DNA of 64,000 nucleotides from Corallochytrium limacisporum Hawaii (GCA_002811645.1 PDIP01000004.1:152929-216928); one strand, 5' to 3'. Positions 37,934 through 48,648 are shown, counted from the stretch's first letter. Notes: generated by a model not told the origin, from the sequence alone. Translations and numbers: made by a program.

Positions 37934-40900
37934 ATGAAGCTCAGCTTGCTCAATTTGTGGACATTGGCCTCATTTGGTGTCTGTGAAGGGATAGCAGCGT
38001 TGCCTGCAGGATACCTGGAATTTGATGACGCCTTTGAAAACACACACCATGCCTACCGTCGAAATGGAGCCATGCCCGAAAACTGCGAAAGGACCGAAAT
38101 AATCGGGGCCACCACCGTCCGGACTCTTGTTGCACAGATTACTCGCGACCTGAACGAACAGCAGGCAGTGGTCGCGGAACAAGACAAGGCCACTTGTTAC
38201 CGGGCAAACTTTGACGTCAAAGACAAGCCGTATCTTGCCGTCGGGGGATGGGCCAATTACACAAACATATGGCTTGACGTAGCTAACGCCACGACATACA
38301 CAACGTTGAACAACGTTATCGCGGAAGAAAACAACGGTACCTCAGTGGACAATTCCACATCCAGCGATCTAGAAATTTTGCACTCCCTAGTCACTGACCT
38401 CGGCCTCGGATCCCCCGCACTTGAAGAAGATACCAAGATTCCTCCATTTAACTTTGAGCAGGAGATCACAGCGATACCCGTGGCTATTGGTGGCGTGGTC
38501 GTGCTCTACCGGGGCGATGCTATAGTGCCAGAGGCATCGTTTAACAACCTCCAGGGTGGGGCCAGTAACGATGCATTCAAAACTGAGGATTTGTACTGGA
38601 TGGAACCAGATTTTGAAGGAGACAACTTGGCCGGTGGTGTGCGCTTCAACCGGGAAACTTTGACGGAAGCGCTGCACGAAGGCGCGCGGTGGAACAGCCC
38701 CAATATGCAGAAAGCAAACAACCATCAAGCACCAAAACCTGCAGAGGGAACTGTGGGCGAGAACCTGCCCAACATAGCCATTGGGAGTGTTTGGATTCAG
38801 TCCGAATCCATGGCGATCTTGAAACCGTTCATTGAGAATGGTGACCCTGACAATTTTCCCAGACGACTAGGGGAGAGGAATTGGGTTGAAGTAACCGTAC
38901 TGCAAGCCCTGGAGTACATTCAGAGCACAGAATATGGTCTGGTTATCATGGAACTCACGGATCTGATCCGATTTCGTACCCTCCTTGACACGGGAGTGAA
39001 CATTGCACCGCTGGGTAACCATTTAGGTAAATACGCCTTCCCTCTGCCGTACAATCTGCAAAATTCTAGGTACCTCCTGCGCAAGAGCGACGGCAGCACC
39101 ACCACCGATATTCAAAACTTCAACACAAAGAAAGATGGCATCTTTCAGCCGGAAGCAGTGCTGGTCGACAGCGATGATTTCATCCCGGTGACCAACCCTG
39201 TCATGGCCTACTGCATGCCGCGAGTGGTGTACCTGCAAGCCGTTCGCAAATGGACGCTACGGACCTCACCCCAAGTATCCGCTACTGATGGCAGCGCGTG
39301 CACCAATGACAATCCCGATGACAATCCCGACGACAACCCCGGCAATGGTGGTGACGCACTGGAGGACGATAGCGGTGGTGGTGGCAATGTGCCTATCGGC
39401 TCAGGTGCAACGTGTCCCCTCTGCGCGCAGGTGTACACTTGTGACAAGCTGAAAGTCATCACTCAGGTGGCCCTGGAGGCATTCCTGGCCAATGACGTAC
39501 GTAAGTCCTTACAACAGAACCTGGCCTACGCTACAGTGGCAAACAACATACGTGATATTGCTGAACAAGTAGTAGCCAGCTGGACCTGTCAAGTAGTTAC
39601 CAGTGATGGCTGTGTAAAGACTGAGTCGGTGTACGCGGAGGTGCGAGCATCCATTCTGGCTTCTCAAAACCCCACATCAAACACAGTGAAGAACTCCGAT
39701 GTTGACCTCATCCTTGCCATTGTTCTACCTATCGCAGTGGCGATCATCATGACAATCATTTCCTGTGGCTGGTACCACAGACACAAGAAGGCCAAGGAAC
39801 GCCGTGCAATGGATCTTCTCCTTGAGCCGACAGATGTGACCTTCCTGGGCAGCTTGCATGGTTCCCACCACGGCTTCGCAGGCACTATTCAGACCAAGCT
39901 TATCGAAGGTCGCAATGAAGACCAAGAGGTGGAGGAGGACGCCATGTTCCACACCTTCGAGACCACCCAGCACAGCAATCGTGCCCAAACCATTCGTCAG
40001 ATTGCTCACGTAACCATGCCCCGCCACCGCCCGTCGGCAGCGCAACTCTACGACGAAGATTTCATGATGGATGGCGACAGCAGTGACATGTACGCCAATG
40101 TTGCCGAGCGAGAACATGCACTGCGGCAATCGCTATGCCTGGCTCACTCCGGCGCCTCCGCCGCTAACGACGCGGATAACCACCCGCACACTATGCGCCT
40201 GCGGTCTGGAGCTGCTCCGATGCACGGCACGCTCAGGATGGACGTGCCCGACCTCTACGAGGCGACTGGTGGTAGTGTCCATAGTGTTGCCGCTGTCGGT
40301 CACATGGCTCTGGAACCGATCCCCGGTTCGCCGATGACGGAGAGTGATCGCAAAGGTTCTCTAAAGGATTCCCTTTCCACAGCGCCGGACCTAGGCCCGG
40401 CAGCAAAGGAGCGTGCTTCAAGCGTTGGTATGCGCGACACTGCTGCTGGTGCCTTGCCCACTCTCTTTGAGCGCTTCAGCGTAGCATGGACCCAGAACAG
40501 TGGCGCCATGACCGACTCACTGACATGCGGAGCCATCCATGGCCCCCGTTCCTCATCTGCTTTCTCCTCGACTGCAGGGCCTGGTGCTTGCAATGGTAGG
40601 CAGCGGAGTTCTACAGGCACGGTGTCCGAAGATGAAACGGAGGTTACTGTGTCTGCGTCAACGGGCAAGCGGAGCACGAAAGCCGACTACATCGCCCTGA
40701 CTGACGGTTCTTTCAACTTTGGTTTCGGTGCCGGTCTCTTCCGCAATAAGAAACATGTTCTCATCAAAGCCGTGCCCAAGAAGAAGGGAACCAAGGGACA
40801 AGACGTCGAACTGCAGAAGATAATGCAGCAGATGGCTCTGTACAACTCTAGAAGTCATCCGAATGTGATCCCCATCATTGGGTTGGTTGCTTCAAGCGAC

Positions 40901-42700
40901 GTGTGCAACCACATTCTCTACGACATGACTGCCATGCGCGATACATTGGCGGCTTACTTGGACCTGGAAGCCAAGAATGTGCTTAGCCTGGGTCTAGAAT
41001 TCCGTCTGAGTATGGTACGTGACCTAGTGGAAGGCGTGCGGTACCTGCATAACACGGTGGGACGCCCCCACGGACGCCTCAATCCACACTCTTGCTTTGT
41101 GGATCGGACGTTCAGTCTAAGAATAGCCGACGCGGTGCTCATGGACACCTTCGACAACCCTTGCCTGGATGACTACTCAAGTTGTGATGGCTTTCTGCAG
41201 GGTGCTGAGAGTGCTTTGTGGCTGGCGCCGGAGTTCTACAGCCACATCTTTGACGATAGTGTGGTTCGCTGCAGTGTAGTTCACCTTGCTGGCGATGGCG
41301 GTCTCCCGACCAGCCTGGACCAGCTCAAATTGTCCAAGTTAGACGACGCTGTCAGCTCTCCGGAAGCTGCCGACCTGGCCGAGCATGGCAACTCCAAGAC
41401 TGTGGCCCTTCCCATGCACAGCATCGCCAGCGAGGCCGAGGGCCTCTCTGCCTACGACGCTCTGCGAGCCGTGCGCGTTGTGCCGACCGAGGAAGGTGAT
41501 GTCTACGCCTGTTCCATGATTATGTACCAAATCATCACGGGCCAGAAGCCTTTCGCCTATGAAAGCACCGCCAATGTTCGCATGAGCGGCAATCATCCGT
41601 ACGGTGGGGTTGTTTCTTTGGACTCGGAAGTCTATCAGCTTCGCCTGGTCCAGTCTCTCCGCGAGATTGTAATGAAGAACGTACGACCTGATCTGGAGGT
41701 GGTGAAGGCAGTGCTCACCAAGTACCTCGGCAGCTATGACGTGGAGGTTGATAGTGCTCTGGATGCTGACACTGACAGCGTGGCTGGCAGAATGGAAGCC
41801 CAGCGCTTCTTCATGAACACCTTGCCAGAGATGTGGAATGTCTCTCCTATCAGTCGCCCGCGCATGCACCGTGTCCGCGACGAGGTAATACAAATGCCTG
41901 GCTCTGACCGCAGTGTTGCCGACAACATGGTTCACATGCTTTATGGCTACACCGAAGAGCTGGAATCTTTGGTGGATGAACGAACAGTGATGTTGAACCG
42001 TGAGATTCAGCGCGCCGATGCCCTCCTCGCATCTGTGATTCCCAGGCCAGTGGCTCTGAAACTCAAGCGTGGAGAAATTGTGGCTCCTGACCACTACCAG
42101 GTGGCCACCATCTTCTTCTCTGATATCGTTGGCTTCACATCATACTCGAGCACGGTGACTCCTATTGAGGTCATCCAGCTGCTCAACAGCATGTACTCCA
42201 TCATGGACCGCATGGTCCGAAAACATGAGTGTCATCGAATGGAGATTATTGGTGATGCGTACATGGTCACGGCTGGTGTACCTGACCAGACGGTAACTCC
42301 CTACGAGCAGGCAGTGCGTGTACTGCACTTTGCCAAGGAATCCTTCGCAGCCCTAGGCGAAGCGTTGCCCCACACCCGTCTGCGTGCCGGAATCCATGCC
42401 GGCAGCTGTGTCAGCGGGCTGTTAGGCAACCAAGAGCAGCCTCGCTTCACTATCATTGGTGACGCGGTAAATCTCGCAGCACGTATGGAGAGTACTTCTG
42501 AGCCGGGTAAGATCCAGGTCTCCCGGAGTGTGGTGTCCAACCTTCTGCGCCATACCGTGGAAGCGGACTGCACAGAGAGCTTTAGGGTGCCTGTGGAAGG
42601 ATTACCGAAATATCACAAGGAAAGTCTGGATCTCCACTACCGAGGCCCTGTCGCCATGAAAGGCAAGGGAACGCAGTACACATGGTTCCTGCAGCAATAG
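37934..42700 (+). CDS. Single-pass receptor guanylyl cyclase-like protein (1588 aa): signal peptide, PstS-like ectodomain, TM, Ser-rich linker, kinase-homology domain, hinge/coiled coil, class III cyclase
   Basis: Signal peptide MKLSLLNLWTLASFGVCEG; TM ILAIVLPIAVAIIMTIISCGWY (~39707-39775) followed by basic HRHKKAK; pseudokinase HPNVIPIIG...GVRYLH...HGRLNPHSCFVDRTFSLRIADAVL...LWLAPE...GDVYA; hinge DNMVHMLYGYTEELESLVDERT...LLASVIPRPVALKLKRG; cyclase TIFFSDIVGFT, EIIGDAYMV, RAGIHAG, PRFTIIGDAVNLAARMES, MKGKG. First ATG in the ORF is at 37934. Confidence 0.93.
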   Translation: MKLSLLNLWTLASFGVCEGIAALPAGYLEFDDAFENTHHAYRRNGAMPENCERTEIIGATTVRTLVAQITRDLNEQQAVVAEQDKATCYRANFDVKDKPYLAVGGWANYTNIWLDVANATTYTTLNNVIAEENNGTSVDNSTSSDLEILHSLVTDLGLGSPALEEDTKIPPFNFEQEITAIPVAIGGVVVLYRGDAIVPEASFNNLQGGASNDAFKTEDLYWMEPDFEGDNLAGGVRFNRETLTEALHEGARWNSPNMQKANNHQAPKPAEGTVGENLPNIAIGSVWIQSESMAILKPFIENGDPDNFPRRLGERNWVEVTVLQALEYIQSTEYGLVIMELTDLIRFRTLLDTGVNIAPLGNHLGKYAFPLPYNLQNSRYLLRKSDGSTTTDIQNFNTKKDGIFQPEAVLVDSDDFIPVTNPVMAYCMPRVVYLQAVRKWTLRTSPQVSATDGSACTNDNPDDNPDDNPGNGGDALEDDSGGGGNVPIGSGATCPLCAQVYTCDKLKVITQVALEAFLANDVRKSLQQNLAYATVANNIRDIAEQVVASWTCQVVTSDGCVKTESVYAEVRASILASQNPTSNTVKNSDVDLILAIVLPIAVAIIMTIISCGWYHRHKKAKERRAMDLLLEPTDVTFLGSLHGSHHGFAGTIQTKLIEGRNEDQEVEEDAMFHTFETTQHSNRAQTIRQIAHVTMPRHRPSAAQLYDEDFMMDGDSSDMYANVAEREHALRQSLCLAHSGASAANDADNHPHTMRLRSGAAPMHGTLRMDVPDLYEATGGSVHSVAAVGHMALEPIPGSPMTESDRKGSLKDSLSTAPDLGPAAKERASSVGMRDTAAGALPTLFERFSVAWTQNSGAMTDSLTCGAIHGPRSSSAFSSTAGPGACNGRQRSSTGTVSEDETEVTVSASTGKRSTKADYIALTDGSFNFGFGAGLFRNKKHVLIKAVPKKKGTKGQDVELQKIMQQMALYNSRSHPNVIPIIGLVASSDVCNHILYDMTAMRDTLAAYLDLEAKNVLSLGLEFRLSMVRDLVEGVRYLHNTVGRPHGRLNPHSCFVDRTFSLRIADAVLMDTFDNPCLDDYSSCDGFLQGAESALWLAPEFYSHIFDDSVVRCSVVHLAGDGGLPTSLDQLKLSKLDDAVSSPEAADLAEHGNSKTVALPMHSIASEAEGLSAYDALRAVRVVPTEEGDVYACSMIMYQIITGQKPFAYESTANVRMSGNHPYGGVVSLDSEVYQLRLVQSLREIVMKNVRPDLEVVKAVLTKYLGSYDVEVDSALDADTDSVAGRMEAQRFFMNTLPEMWNVSPISRPRMHRVRDEVIQMPGSDRSVADNMVHMLYGYTEELESLVDERTVMLNREIQRADALLASVIPRPVALKLKRGEIVAPDHYQVATIFFSDIVGFTSYSSTVTPIEVIQLLNSMYSIMDRMVRKHECHRMEIIGDAYMVTAGVPDQTVTPYEQAVRVLHFAKESFAALGEALPHTRLRAGIHAGSCVSGLLGNQEQPRFTIIGDAVNLAARMESTSEPGKIQVSRSVVSNLLRHTVEADCTESFRVPVEGLPKYHKESLDLHYRGPVAMKGKGTQYTWFLQQ

Positions 42701-42743
42701 TCTGCCCTCAAACGTGATGATTATGTACCTAATATTCTTACAG

Positions 42744-42867
42744 ATAGAGTAAAACTCCTTTTGAGATTCTTAATCCCAGTGACACGTCATAGGTCGATGG
42801 TCAAATAGAGTAAAACTCCTTTTGAGATTCTTAATCCCAGTGACACTTTATATAGGTCGATGGTCAG
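42744..42867. repeat. Two-copy ~61-bp tandem duplication just 3' of the cyclase stop
   Basis: ATAGAGTAAAACTCCTTTTGAGATTCTTAATCCCAGTGACAC...ATAGGTCGATGGTCA starts at 42744 and again at 42805, with one small indel/substitution patch. Confidence 0.92.
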
Positions 42868-43880
42868 ATATGTGACACAAGGGTCAACAGACTGAGATAG
42901 AAGCGCAGACTCAGTACCCGTATATGCATATTGCTTCAGGTAACGTTCCCTGCTGCCGAGAATCTTCATGGTGATGATTGAGACCGCGCGCTGGTCTGGT
43001 TGACTCGCTATGCTCCCGTACACCCACTCAACTCGCTGGCTCGGCTCCCTCCCTTTGGCGACCTGCTGTATTTGGACCTTTTCGTTTCCATATTTGGGAG
43101 CCAAGGAAAACACGGTGAGCAGGTAAGGACTTCCCGGCGAACTGCAGGGGCGATCTCTGTCTCTGCGAACAAAATCTTCCCTTTGTCAATTTGCGGATCT
43201 CTAATAGGGGCTGCCAACCAGCAGGCTTAAGATTGACATCAATCTCGCCACCTGCGACTGCTGAAGTACGTTGATATCATACAGAGTGAGAGTCATGAGT
43301 AGCCACGATTTCGATCTACGCCATGTCTTCAACTTTGACGGTGTGCCACGCGATTGCTCGAGAGTACGCAAAAGATTAATGGATAAGAAACCAGAGATCC
43401 AGTCCTCTAGCTGGTGCAGAGATGGACTGGACTGCAGTCGTAAGATTGCACAGCGCCAAGATTGTTCAGCCATCCACCAAAGGTGTTTCAACCCAAAATC
43501 TGACATGAATGGTGGCGCGGTTGTGCCCGTAGAGCGCACATAGGATAACATCCGCTTATTAATCAATTGTATGAAAGCGTAACTAATGTCTGACAACGAC
43601 TCAGTGCCACTTTGTTCCGGGGTATGAATGTCTCTATCACTCCCTACGACTATCCAATGTTTGGTGCGCAGAGGAAGACATCTACGCCAGTCACTGTTTT
43701 CATTGGGGCCCAATGCAAAGAAAACACAAACATGGGCCCAAAGCAGAAAGGAGAAACTTAATGGGTTCGCGCCGCCAACGGTACTACACCCAGCTCACTT
43801 CTGTTGGCGATATCCGTAGATACGGTGGTAGTGTGCCGCCAGGGACCTTCTGCTGGTGCTCCCCGCGCACCAGCTGCCCA

Positions 43881-43967
43881 CCAGCACCGCAGCAAATAGA
43901 ACACAACCACCAGCACCGTAGCAAATAGAACACAACCACCAGCACCGCAGCAAATAGAACACAACCA
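43881..43967. repeat. 29-bp minisatellite, 3 copies
   Basis: CCAGCACCG(C/T)AGCAAATAGAACACAACCA at 43881, 43910 and 43939, head to tail with no spacers. Confidence 0.93.
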
Positions 43968-45896
43968 CCCGACCGCTCTCAACCCGGCACAACAAGCCTC
44001 TCCGCTATTCCTCTGGCACTGCTAGCGCCCNNNNNNNNNNNNNNNNNNNNNNNNNNNNNNNNNNNNNNNNNNNNNNNNNNNNNNNNNNNNNNNNNNNNNN
44101 NNNNNNNNNNNNNNNNNNNNNNNNNNNNNNNNNNNNNNNNNNNNNNNNNNNNNNNNNNNNNNNNNNNNNNNNNNNNNNNNNNNNNNNNNNNNNNNNNNNN
44201 NNNNNNNNNNNNNNNNNNNNNNCCCCCAAACCCGTGTTTCCTGCCCTTTCCCCAGGAGAGACCCACCCGACGCAACCCACCCCACCAGCAAAGCCCCCTC
44301 TCCTCTAAATTGTGTTAATTGTCTGAAATTTTTTCTCTCCCTTGATAACTGCAGTGGACCAACCACCAGCACCAAACAAAGCCCAGGCACTCCCTGGTCC
44401 TGGTACTCCCTTTCCTGTGTCCCGCCCCAGGGGATTTTAACAAAGTTGAACCTAAGATGCGGAACACGTAGCTTATTGTTGCTGTGTACAGGTTCAAGTT
44501 TGTTTGCTTTTGGATGTCCTTCCCTTCCCAACCATGTGGGCCTTTTACCAGATTTACTCACTGAAATTTACGCAGACTTGCAGTGGTATCGAGGAGCCGT
44601 GGACAGACCGAAGAATTAAGAAAATTTGGAATCAGCATAGATCCTCTTAATAATTGACCAATCGTCCGAACGGTTCCAGTCGCCATTTCCAAGCGGATGG
44701 GCAGACCGGAATAGTAGTATGTCTCGAATACACCGGGCTGTCGGGAGGAAATTACACAGGTGTTTGTATGTTTGTACGTGAGTATAATCTGTGCTTGTAT
44801 ACGCGCACCGATGCCGGAGCACAATTGCCTGGTGTTGGGAAGTTACACTTGTGACACAATATCTACACATGCAGAGTCATATCGCAGCCACATGGACTGG
44901 TGCATTGTTTGCGGATGGGGATGACATTGTAATGTGGGAGACCATTAACTTTGGCTCTAGATGGTTGTGTTCTCCGAATTCTATACACAATTGTGTCCAA
45001 ATTTGATGTGTACATCGCAATGCCACACTTTACTTTCCAGTTGCCACACACAGCAACGAATCAAGATCACATAAATGTCTACGATGCGTCTGTACCAGAT
45101 GGTGCAGACCTGGTGTATCGATCAAAACTATGCACTGTCAGAAGACCAATGCGACAGCCAAATGTCATAACGTGGCAGCTTACTAAGTTGCAGTCATCCT
45201 TGCAATCATCACAAGCTTCTCCTGCAGACCTAGTGATATCCATGCCGAACAACATTATCGAACAAGGACGTTAGTATAAAAACTGAAGCAGAACCATCCA
45301 TTGCCATGGTGTTTGCCATGGATGGATCCAATTTGGAAATGACATTGTCCCACCGATGGACATGGTGCCTATGGGATAGGACTACGGATTGGACACAAAA
45401 TCATACGATAGTACATCGTGGTAATGGTCAGTTCAGAAATGGAAAGATGCCTAAATTAGACGTACGATTCATAAAGAGGACTTGTTGGTGAGTTCAGCAG
45501 GCGATGACAGTCTTGATCTCGTCACTGACACAGGTCGTCGAGAAGCGAATGCAATGATGGGCACTACTTTCATTGGTTCTTCTTTCTTCCTTCTGTCTTT
45601 GTAGAGTTGTTGTGTTTTCCAATCGGAGCTCCAACTTGCAAATCACCATAATTCTTCTCATCCCTACTTCTCGCTCTGGCGTTTGTGAGCTTCTTGCTTG
45701 GTAGAAGGACAGCAGAGCGGGACTGGAAGGCTCCTGAGGTCTTGGGGAGGGGAGGGGGGAAGGGTAGGTGCAGGGAGCGGACAGCAAGCGGAGAGCAAAT
45801 ACCAAATGGGGAACTAAAGGGCAAGCCGTGTACTGACACGCGGTGGTGCGTATGACATGCAATACTTCTACAGTCACACACAGGTTGACACGAACA

Positions 45897-45906
45897 GGTA
45901 TATAAA
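45897..45906 (+). promoter_or_regulatory. GGTATATAAA TATA box upstream of secreted Cys-rich protein 1
   Basis: Canonical TATATAAA about 130 nt upstream of the ATG at 46034, with the same GG prefix as the shared element. Confidence 0.6.
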
Positions 45907-46033
45907 CAGGTAGTCCGAGCATGTAAGAGGAGCACTTTAATACACCTTAACCATCCCCTATTTTTTCAAAGCAGTTCGCTTTAAACATTTTCCTTCCTGT
46001 AACCTGATTTCAAGAACTTGATCCGTGATCATC

Positions 46034-46555
46034 ATGAAGACCTTCTTTGCCATTACGCTTGCTGCTTTTGTCGGCATGGCCAATGCGTCACCCATTGCGG
46101 GCAGTCAATGCATTGAGAATTTGGATTACTGCACATCAAACGACGAATGCTGTGGAAACTCAGTTTGCCAGTGGTCTGATTTGGACCCCAAAGATAGCGG
46201 GTTGCTCAGATGCTTGAAAATATCGGGCGAGCCCTGCCAATTCGGCACTCAGTGCGCAGACGGCTACGGTTGCGCCCTTTTCGGCGCTGCAGGAGAGGAA
46301 ACTGGAATGTGTTACCCAGCAAAGAAGCGCATAAACTTCCCTTGCAAGGCGAACACCGAGTGCATGAGCGAACGCTGCGACACCGTCTGCAAGCCTAGGT
46401 CCGCTACAGAAAATGGTGAGACTTGCCCGTACGACATGATGTGCAAGAGCGGCTTTTGCGACCCCCGCGGCATCGAAGAGGGCGATGAATGGGCCGTTTG
46501 CAACGACCTAAGCGAGCATCCCTACAAGAACACATGGGGTGGCGTAGAGGAGTGA
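46034..46555 (+). CDS. Secreted cysteine-rich protein 1 (173 aa, 18 Cys): knottin-like module plus three 4-Cys modules
   Basis: Signal peptide MKTFFAITLAAFVGMANA-SPIA; C-x6-C-x5-CC-x4-C-x14-C, then repeated C-x5-C-x4/5-C-xn-C modules; clear paralogue at 60117. Confidence 0.88.
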   Translation: MKTFFAITLAAFVGMANASPIAGSQCIENLDYCTSNDECCGNSVCQWSDLDPKDSGLLRCLKISGEPCQFGTQCADGYGCALFGAAGEETGMCYPAKKRINFPCKANTECMSERCDTVCKPRSATENGETCPYDMMCKSGFCDPRGIEEGDEWAVCNDLSEHPYKNTWGGVEE

Positions 46556-48648
46556 ATCTGATCGGGGACCGAGTTCTAGTACGCAGATAAGTCGTCTATC
46601 CTTGAGTAGCGACTGCGGAAATTGATCAATCCAACCCTTGCCCCGCCAGCGAATAGTGAACGACATTCTGTTAAACTACGGGCATTCAAATTCAATAAAT
46701 TCCCTCACCCACGTACACTTTCACGACCTGACTGATAACTCTGAGCACGCAGCATGTTTCGTTCCGAGAAGGCAAAAACTTCTCGACGCATGCAAAAATG
46801 CCATTCTTCCTTCACCGCATCGGGGGAGTACCTTTCTGTCCGATATGGCACGATCTTATTGACAGCGATGTAAGCTGAACGAGCGGACGCGGTTCGGCGC
46901 TGACAACAAAGATATGTCTCCCTCGTTCTCCCAGCGACTATTGCAATTATCGTCCTTATGTGGAGCATCACGCTTCCTTCCTTTAAGTGATCCACAAGAG
47001 ATTAAAAGAAAGTGTGCGCGATTGCCACGTACATTCACACCATCGATGTTCATGGCCCTGCTCGGCGTTGGATCAGGCCTAGTGAGCCACCTCTGTGGGC
47101 AAAGTGGAGCGAGCCGGATGTGATTCCACCAGATTAATTTCTATCCACTATTGCAGTAGCCAAAAGTTGGTTTGCGGCCTGTACCGTCTACCCGACGGGT
47201 AATATGACGGCAAGGAATAATAGCAAGGTGCCAGCCCAGCGCCCGCCCAAAACCCGGCCCATTCGGCTCCAAGCCGTTATGTGGGAAGAAACAGATAAAA
47301 CAGCCTCACTTCCCCTCCATTCCTTCATTAATGCGAATTACACTACGGTTCTCCCTTCCCGAAAGTGCCTGCTCCCATAGTGAATGGGTACACGGCACTC
47401 CTGAGGAAAGACTCCGGACTTGGACCCCCGGGCTCCCTCCTCCCCCGGCGACTGGGAATGCACTCTGTTAAAAGAGAGTTCTATACGGGATGGTTGAAGT
47501 TAATAGGCGCGCCATTTGGAAGAACTTCGAGGGTCCGGTTAGCATTCTCTTTTGTAAATCAAGATTTGATTGCCATACGTTTCTGCCGGAGGTACCGAGT
47601 GCCAGGGTGTGCAAAGGAGGTTCGAGCAAATCCTCAACGACGACGGTATTGGTGGATCCCCGTTTTGTAATCCAAACAATTCAAAGAGCACTATTCTATC
47701 GCCTGTGTCCCCAGTATAAGAGCAGCCTTTCATTGTTTTTTTTGTATTTCCCGGTATCTTGCGTCTCCGTCGACCAACGACTGATGCAGGGAACCAGTAG
47801 GTCGAACTATCATGAGCTACTCTACCATAGGTATCGCATCACCAGCATGAAGCCCGAACCAGTTCGACCAACAGGTGACACCAATATGAATACCACTATA
47901 TTCACAACGTCCAAAGGGCGTTTCGAGGCCAAGCCATTCAGAAAGAAGGTCTCGTCTGAAATCGCTGGTTCTCGTGTACAGTGCTGAGTACGATGAATAC
48001 ATCCCTTCGCCGCCTGCGAGTAGCCAGCAAATTCTACCGACCTCTTTCCCCCGAGGCCATTTCGACAGGGCAGTTAAAGTTGAGGAGAGAATTCCTCTTT
48101 CTGGGTGGGGGTAGACAAAGGAACGGCGCACTCCGACCGACCCGGTCCCCACCCCTTCTGTCTACCATAGCGGTACCCACATTATCGCATACCACGTACC
48201 AAGGCCGGGGGTGGGAGAAGTGTCGAGACAGCGAGGGTGGGGCATCTCCGACGAGAACTTAGCTCTGCACGGCGTCGAGTATCACTTGGTTGACTGTCTG
48301 CATAGTGTCAAAATGTACAGACTGCGGATGCACACAGCCGGTTACTAGGACATTGCATATCACCAGAATTTTGTCACATTCCATGGTCTACATATAGATT
48401 CACTTGCATCAAGAAATGAGCGGTTCCATAAGAGGAAACGGAGTCAGCAATAGTAACCAGGGTGTCCTACTCGGTCTTTCATGTGCCGTCAAACGAGAGC
48501 ATGGCTATGGAATGCTTCAAACACATTAGATGCCCGCAAACTGAAGTCATGATGGATTGAGAATGAGAGGGCTATTTCAGCCAGCGACCGCACGAGATCG
48601 AAAGGTGTCAGAGAATATCAAGCTGCGTACTAAACGACCTCTAACGAA

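Noticed and set aside
43881-43967. CRISPR array
   Set aside because: Units are contiguous with no unique spacers, there are no cas genes, and the context is eukaryotic.
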